Made by a program: the position numbers and the translations under genes. The notes under the pieces are model-generated. The model made no database searches, was not told where the DNA came from, and worked only from the letters and a program-made list of their open reading frames with translations. 64,000 nt of DNA, taken from assembly GCA_040755315.1 (NCBI GenBank), contig JBFMBF010000001.1, positions 29,109 to 93,108 of the forward strand. The letters run 5' to 3'. The stretch comes from Candidatus Hadarchaeota archaeon. Its GTDB lineage: Archaea; Hadarchaeota; Hadarchaeia; Hadarchaeales; Hadarchaeaceae. This document shows positions 59,726 through 64,000 of this stretch, in pieces. How positions within the stretch are numbered: position 1 is the first letter of the stretch; each line of letters opens with the position of its first letter.

Positions 59726-59899
59726 ATGGAAAGAAAAGGTTTCAGGTACAACACTACCAAAGAAACAATAACAAATTACGCTGGGTTATCAGCCAGACAG
59801 AAACTGGAATGGTTGGAAGAAGCCAACAGATTTTTTTACAACTCCATGTCTCAAAGTAAAAGAAAAATAATGGAAAAATTCAGGTCTGGAAAGATTTGA
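59726..59899 (+). CDS. Small partner protein (57 aa, not in ORF track)
   Basis: MERKGFRYNTTKETITNYAGLSARQKLEWLEEANRFF...; AGGTGG SD; 1 nt after the upstream stop. Confidence 0.65.
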   Translation: MERKGFRYNTTKETITNYAGLSARQKLEWLEEANRFFYNSMSQSKRKIMEKFRSGKI

Positions 59900-59988
59900 A
59901 CGGGTTGATAAAAAAGAAAAAATTGGATCCGCCTTCGGCACAACCCGCCCATTCATGAGCCGGAATCCCGCCCGGCCCGCGGTTTGGA

Positions 59989-60663
59989 TTACTTCTTTTC
60001 CGCTTTCTTGAACTCCACCCAGCACTTGTCGAACTCAGCAATGGTCTCCTCTGTCTTCGGGTGGTACACCATCTGCATCAGTATCTTGTAGGGGATTGTG
60101 ATAACGTGCGCCCCGGCCACGGCCGCCTCCGCCACGTTCTCCGGCGCCCTTATGCTGCCAACGATGATCTTTGTGTCAAGGCCGCCCTGGTCGATTATGC
60201 TCCTGGACTCCCTGATTATCCTCACCGGGTCTATCCCCGCGTCCTTTGTCCTGCCGAAGAAGATGCTGGCATAAGTCGCCCCGGCCTTGGCCGCCAGCAA
60301 GACCTGGTTGGTGTTGACTAGGACCGTCATGTTGGTCTTGATGTTTTCCTCGCTGAGCTTGCTGACGATTTTCATGCCCAGCCCATCCGGGTACATCGGG
60401 ACCTTGATCACGATGTTCTTCGGGTTCCAGCTTGAGTACTCCCTGGCCTCGTCAAGCAGATCCTTCAAGGAGCAGTTTGTCCCCGTCAGCTCCACGCTGA
60501 GCGGCCCGTCCACAAGATCGAGTATCTCGCGGGCCCTGTTCTTGAAGTTGACGCCCTTCTCCGCCAAGAATATCTTTTGGTTGGTAGTAACTCCGGTAAA
60601 GATTCCCCATGGCAACAGCTCCTTGATTTCTTTAACGCTGGCGGTGTCAAGGAATAATTCCAC
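59989..60663 (-). CDS. tal: Transaldolase (MipB/TalC type)
   Basis: FLDTA, GVTTN, SVE, VIKVP Schiff-base Lys, FFGR, GSIR; Glu/Phe pattern favours transaldolase over fructose-6-P aldolase. Confidence 0.85.
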   Translation of the reverse strand: MELFLDTASVKEIKELLPWGIFTGVTTNQKIFLAEKGVNFKNRAREILDLVDGPLSVELTGTNCSLKDLLDEAREYSSWNPKNIVIKVPMYPDGLGMKIVSKLSEENIKTNMTVLVNTNQVLLAAKAGATYASIFFGRTKDAGIDPVRIIRESRSIIDQGGLDTKIIVGSIRAPENVAEAAVAGAHVITIPYKILMQMVYHPKTEETIAEFDKCWVEFKKAEKK

Positions 60664-61250
60664 TACCTCACCTCTTTCCCGATGATTTTGGCCGCCTCGA
60701 GCAGGTTCGGGACGACAAAATCTGGCTTCGCACGCTTCTCATCCATTAACCTTAGCAAATCGCTCTTTAAATAACCTATCAGGAAAGTTCTGCACCCGGC
60801 AGCTTTCCCGGCCTGGATGTCGGTCACGCTGTCGCCGATCATGTAGCTTTTTTTGAGGTCTATCCACAGGTCCTTCGCCGCCATCAGCAGCAGCCCCGGC
60901 TTCGGCTTCCGGCACCTGCACCTGGCCCTGTATTTTTTGAGCCTGGCCTGAGGGTGGTGGAAGCAGTAGTACTCGGCGTCTATGCGGGCGCCGCCTTTTT
61001 TGAGCCCCCGCAGCATCTTCTGCCGGATTTTTTCAAAAAGCGCCATCGTGGTCTTGCCCTTGGCTATCGCTGGCTGGTTCGAGGCGATGACGACCTTCAG
61101 CCCCATTCGGTTGAAAATCCTGATGGCCTTCGCGACGTTCGGGAGCAGCCTGAACTGCCGCGGGTTCAGCGGGGAGTCCGCCACGCCAAGCTCCGGGAAG
61201 TAGACTATCTCGTTTATAACGCCGTCCCTGTCAAGGAATACTGCCCTCAC
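60663..61250 (-). CDS. gmhB: D,D-heptose 1,7-bisphosphate phosphatase
   Basis: FLDRDGVIN, SNQ, CFHHP...CRCRKPKPG, MIGDS..DI. Confidence 0.88.
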   Translation of the reverse strand: MRAVFLDRDGVINEIVYFPELGVADSPLNPRQFRLLPNVAKAIRIFNRMGLKVVIASNQPAIAKGKTTMALFEKIRQKMLRGLKKGGARIDAEYYCFHHPQARLKKYRARCRCRKPKPGLLLMAAKDLWIDLKKSYMIGDSVTDIQAGKAAGCRTFLIGYLKSDLLRLMDEKRAKPDFVVPNLLEAAKIIGKEVR

Positions 61251-61260
61251 GGATGCCCCT

Positions 61261-61863
61261 TCAGGATTTTGTTATCAGCTCACGCAGTCTCGCAGCGAGG
61301 AGGTGGGAAAGCACTGAGTGGAAGCCCTCCACCTGCGGCGTTGAGTTGGCCGGCACCACCACGCAGACATCCGCCACCTTCTTCAGCATGCCGCCGTCGA
61401 AGCCCGAGAAGCCGATGACCTTCCCGCCGTTGTCCTTGACGAACCTGACGGCCTTCAGGAGGTTCTGTGACCACGGCCCGGCCTTGTCGGCGCCAGCCCC
61501 CCCATGGACGCTGAATGCGACGAAGATGTCCCCCCGGTTCATCAGGTTCCTCAGCTGTTCAACGTACACATTTTCCCATCCGAGGTCGTTTGTGATTGCC
61601 GTGGTGAGAGGGATGTTTTCATTGAGGGAAATGGTCCTGAACCTCTTCTTGCCGTGGACCGAGGTGAACTTTGACAGGTCGGCCGCGAGGTGCATTGCCG
61701 TTGCAGCCGACCCCCCGTTGCCGGCCGTGAATACCTGTTTCCCCTCTTTCCAGGCCTTGAACAAGAGCCCGACAGCCCTAGAAATGTTTTCCTGGGAAAT
61801 GCTGCCCGCTATCCCAGCGACACCATGCAGATAATTGTCCACGAACGCCTTGTTTTGCACCAT
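61261..61863 (-). CDS. gmhA: Phosphoheptose isomerase (SIS domain)
   Basis: GNGGSAA.A.H, TAITND, SGFDGG, E..H. Confidence 0.85.
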   Translation of the reverse strand: MVQNKAFVDNYLHGVAGIAGSISQENISRAVGLLFKAWKEGKQVFTAGNGGSAATAMHLAADLSKFTSVHGKKRFRTISLNENIPLTTAITNDLGWENVYVEQLRNLMNRGDIFVAFSVHGGAGADKAGPWSQNLLKAVRFVKDNGGKVIGFSGFDGGMLKKVADVCVVVPANSTPQVEGFHSVLSHLLAARLRELITKS

Positions 61864-61948
61864 TCACCCAAGCTCTGTCTACTGGACAATAAAAATCTTC
61901 TTGGGCAAGGCTAAAATAAGCGCCATAGACTAGTCTTTTGGTGTTCAA

Positions 61949-62896
61949 ATGCGGGAAGCTTTGTTCCAGATGTACAGAAAAATATTCAGTAGAAGCATCA
62001 TATTGCTTTCGAAGCTGGGAATCAAGCCCACAGGCCATGGCATTTGCGGATTTTATCCAGCAAAATTGTTTGACAGCTTCGTTCGCTCCAGCGTTTCTCC
62101 AGAGTCCGTAGAAGTTCTGGGGCACAAGATGTTTCTTGATCCTAAGGATTCCCTTTTCCTGTCGATTAACAAGGTTTACGAGCCTTTAACAACTGAGCTT
62201 GTAAAACAAGAGGTAAAAAAAGGGGACGTGGTTCTAGATGTCGGTGCCCACATAGGGTATTTCACATTGATTTTTGCCAGGCTTGTTGGAAGCACTGGGA
62301 AGGTATTTGCGTTTGAACCTGAGCCAAACAACTTTGTGTTGCTTGAAAAAAATGTGCGGGCGAACGGCTACGGCAACGTGGCGCTGGTCCAAAAGGCGGT
62401 GTCAAACAAAACCGAGAAAATCAAATTGTATTTGTCCGGTGATTTCACGGTGGATCACGCCATTTACAACTCGGGTGGCAAAAAGTTTGTTAGTGTAGAC
62501 TCGACGCGGCCGGATGATTTTATAAAGAATCACGGCTGGCGGGTTGATTTTGTAAAAATGGACATCCAAGGTGCGGAGGGGCTGGCGATAGAGGGGATGA
62601 AATCCATCATCCAAGAAAACAAAAATATAAAGATGGTTATCGAGGTCTGGCCAGTTGGGCATAAAAAGGTCGGCACAAATCCCAGAGATTTTTTAGAGTT
62701 TCTTTTGAAAGAGGGATTCAAACTTTACGAAATCAACGAAGGTCAGAAAAAAATAGAGCCGGTCAGAATAGACGAATTCCTAAAAGTGTACACTCCTGAA
62801 AAGGAAAATTTCACAAATGTATTCTGCACCAGGGAAGCGTGGTCTCCCGGGGCGTTACTCAAAAAGGCCGATGTTCTCGGACATCCAGCCGTCTAA
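61949..62896 (+). CDS. FkbM family methyltransferase
   Basis: YEP.T, LDVGAHIGYF, FAFEP, KMDIQGAE. Confidence 0.9.
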   Translation: MREALFQMYRKIFSRSIILLSKLGIKPTGHGICGFYPAKLFDSFVRSSVSPESVEVLGHKMFLDPKDSLFLSINKVYEPLTTELVKQEVKKGDVVLDVGAHIGYFTLIFARLVGSTGKVFAFEPEPNNFVLLEKNVRANGYGNVALVQKAVSNKTEKIKLYLSGDFTVDHAIYNSGGKKFVSVDSTRPDDFIKNHGWRVDFVKMDIQGAEGLAIEGMKSIIQENKNIKMVIEVWPVGHKKVGTNPRDFLEFLLKEGFKLYEINEGQKKIEPVRIDEFLKVYTPEKENFTNVFCTREAWSPGALLKKADVLGHPAV

Positions 62897-63892
62897 TTTC
62901 GCCACGCCCTCTTCAGGGCTTACGGCAGGCTTCCAGCCGAGAATTTTCTGAGCCTTTGTCGTGTCTGAGATGTAAACTTTCTGGTCAGCCGGCCGCCAAT
63001 CTGCGAACGAAATTTTTGGTTTCTGCCCAGTAACGCGTTCCAGGAGGTCGACCAGCTCCAGAAGCGACAGGGTGTTTTTCACCCCGCCCCCCATGTTGAA
63101 AACTTCATGCTTCGGTCCGCTGCGCAAAAATTTGTCAAAAGCCCTCACCAAATCCTCGACGTAAAGCACGTCCCTGACCTGTTTCCCGTCCCCGTAGATT
63201 TTTATCTTTTTTTTCAGCTTCGTCGCCAGCGTGAGCCAGGCAATCCAGCCGTGCTCCTCCACGCCGAACTGTCGCGCGCCGTAGATACAGCTCATCCGGA
63301 ACACCCCGGTTTTCAGCCCGTAGGTGTGGGAATAATCCTGCATGTAAATGTCCCCCACAAGCTTCGAGCAGCCATATGGCGTGTGCCAGGTCCTGTCGAC
63401 CGGGAAGTCCTCCGGTATGCCGTTTTTGTACTTCTTGTCTGCGAAGATGTACCTTCTCCTACCTTCGGCCACAGGGACCTTGTTCACGTTGTCCCCGTAA
63501 ACCTTGTTGGTCGAGCAGTACACCACGGAAGAATCGTTCTGGCGCGCCGCTTCCAGCACGTTGAAAGTGCCCAGAGCGTTGACATCGAAATCCAGCTGAG
63601 GGTCGTTGATCGAAGTTCTGACGGCAACTTGGGCGGCGGTGTGGATTATCGCGTTCGAACCCTTCGCCGCAGTTTTCAGGTCTTCGGGCTTTCTCACGTC
63701 GCCTTTGATCAGCTTCACATTTTTGAGCTTTTTCAGGTAGTCCCAGTTGAACGTTGGCGCGCCGACTTCCTCGCCGAGCATCTTCCACCTTGAAAGGTTG
63801 TCCAATATCACTACTTCATCAGATTTTTTTGAGTAGTATTCCGCGGCGTGCGAGCCGATAAATCCCGCCCCACCAGTGATCAGCACCTTCAT
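62855..63892 (-). CDS. NAD-dependent epimerase, CDP-paratose 2-epimerase-like
   Basis: TGGAGFIG, AAQVAV.TS, STNKVYG, PYGCSK, RMSCIYG.RQFG.E..GW; ATG at 63892. Confidence 0.88.
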   Translation of the reverse strand: MKVLITGGAGFIGSHAAEYYSKKSDEVVILDNLSRWKMLGEEVGAPTFNWDYLKKLKNVKLIKGDVRKPEDLKTAAKGSNAIIHTAAQVAVRTSINDPQLDFDVNALGTFNVLEAARQNDSSVVYCSTNKVYGDNVNKVPVAEGRRRYIFADKKYKNGIPEDFPVDRTWHTPYGCSKLVGDIYMQDYSHTYGLKTGVFRMSCIYGARQFGVEEHGWIAWLTLATKLKKKIKIYGDGKQVRDVLYVEDLVRAFDKFLRSGPKHEVFNMGGGVKNTLSLLELVDLLERVTGQKPKISFADWRPADQKVYISDTTKAQKILGWKPAVSPEEGVAKLDGWMSENIGLFE

Positions 63893-64000
63893 TGAACCAT
63901 CCTCCATCTCCTTCTGAATTGCTAAAAGCAATGTTATTTAGCTTTCGCCTGCCTAGGAAGGAAGAGAGGTTAAAACGGAGAGTAGCGCGGGTGCCGAGAT

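Larger units (their letters stand above)
59126..59980 (+). repeat. Direct repeats (59126-59150 and 59956-59980) flanking a two-gene cassette
   Basis: TGAGCCGGAATCCCGYCCGGYCCGC, 23/25 identical, with weaker similarity extending about 22 nt upstream. Confidence 0.8.

Noticed and set aside
38475..59980. One 21.5-kb island from tRNA-Arg to the tRNA-like repeat
   Set aside because: The match is only 15/18, no integrase is present, and the heptose cluster continues beyond the putative boundary.

Overview
Archaeal chromosomal window. Evidence: group II chaperonin, FEN-1, Rpo6/Rpo11, Csl4, Dph2, TFS, PCNA, PAN, GatCAB, FBP aldolase/phosphatase, and GGTGA-type Shine-Dalgarno motifs. The lineage cannot be fixed from sequence alone. 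The left half holds housekeeping genes and a small glycosyltransferase cluster. It also contains an IS6-family element with an 8-bp target duplication, a toxin-antitoxin islet bracketed by tRNA-Thr 3' end repeats, and two free-standing LAGLIDADG endonuclease genes. The right half, after tRNA-Arg, is a nucleotide-sugar cluster with an apparently complete GDP-heptose pathway. It is interrupted by an orphan Cas2-like ORF with palindromic repeats, a ~2550-aa surface metalloprotease with a duplicated 5' end, and a repeat-flanked nucleotidyltransferase cassette. Best observation: one LAGLIDADG gene sits inside tfs, immediately after the catalytic Asp-Glu codons. It supplies its own recoded replacement 3' end for tfs, and the displaced native 3' end remains downstream. 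Several genes appear to start at CTG or ATT codons. All calls are by motif recognition; no database search was run.
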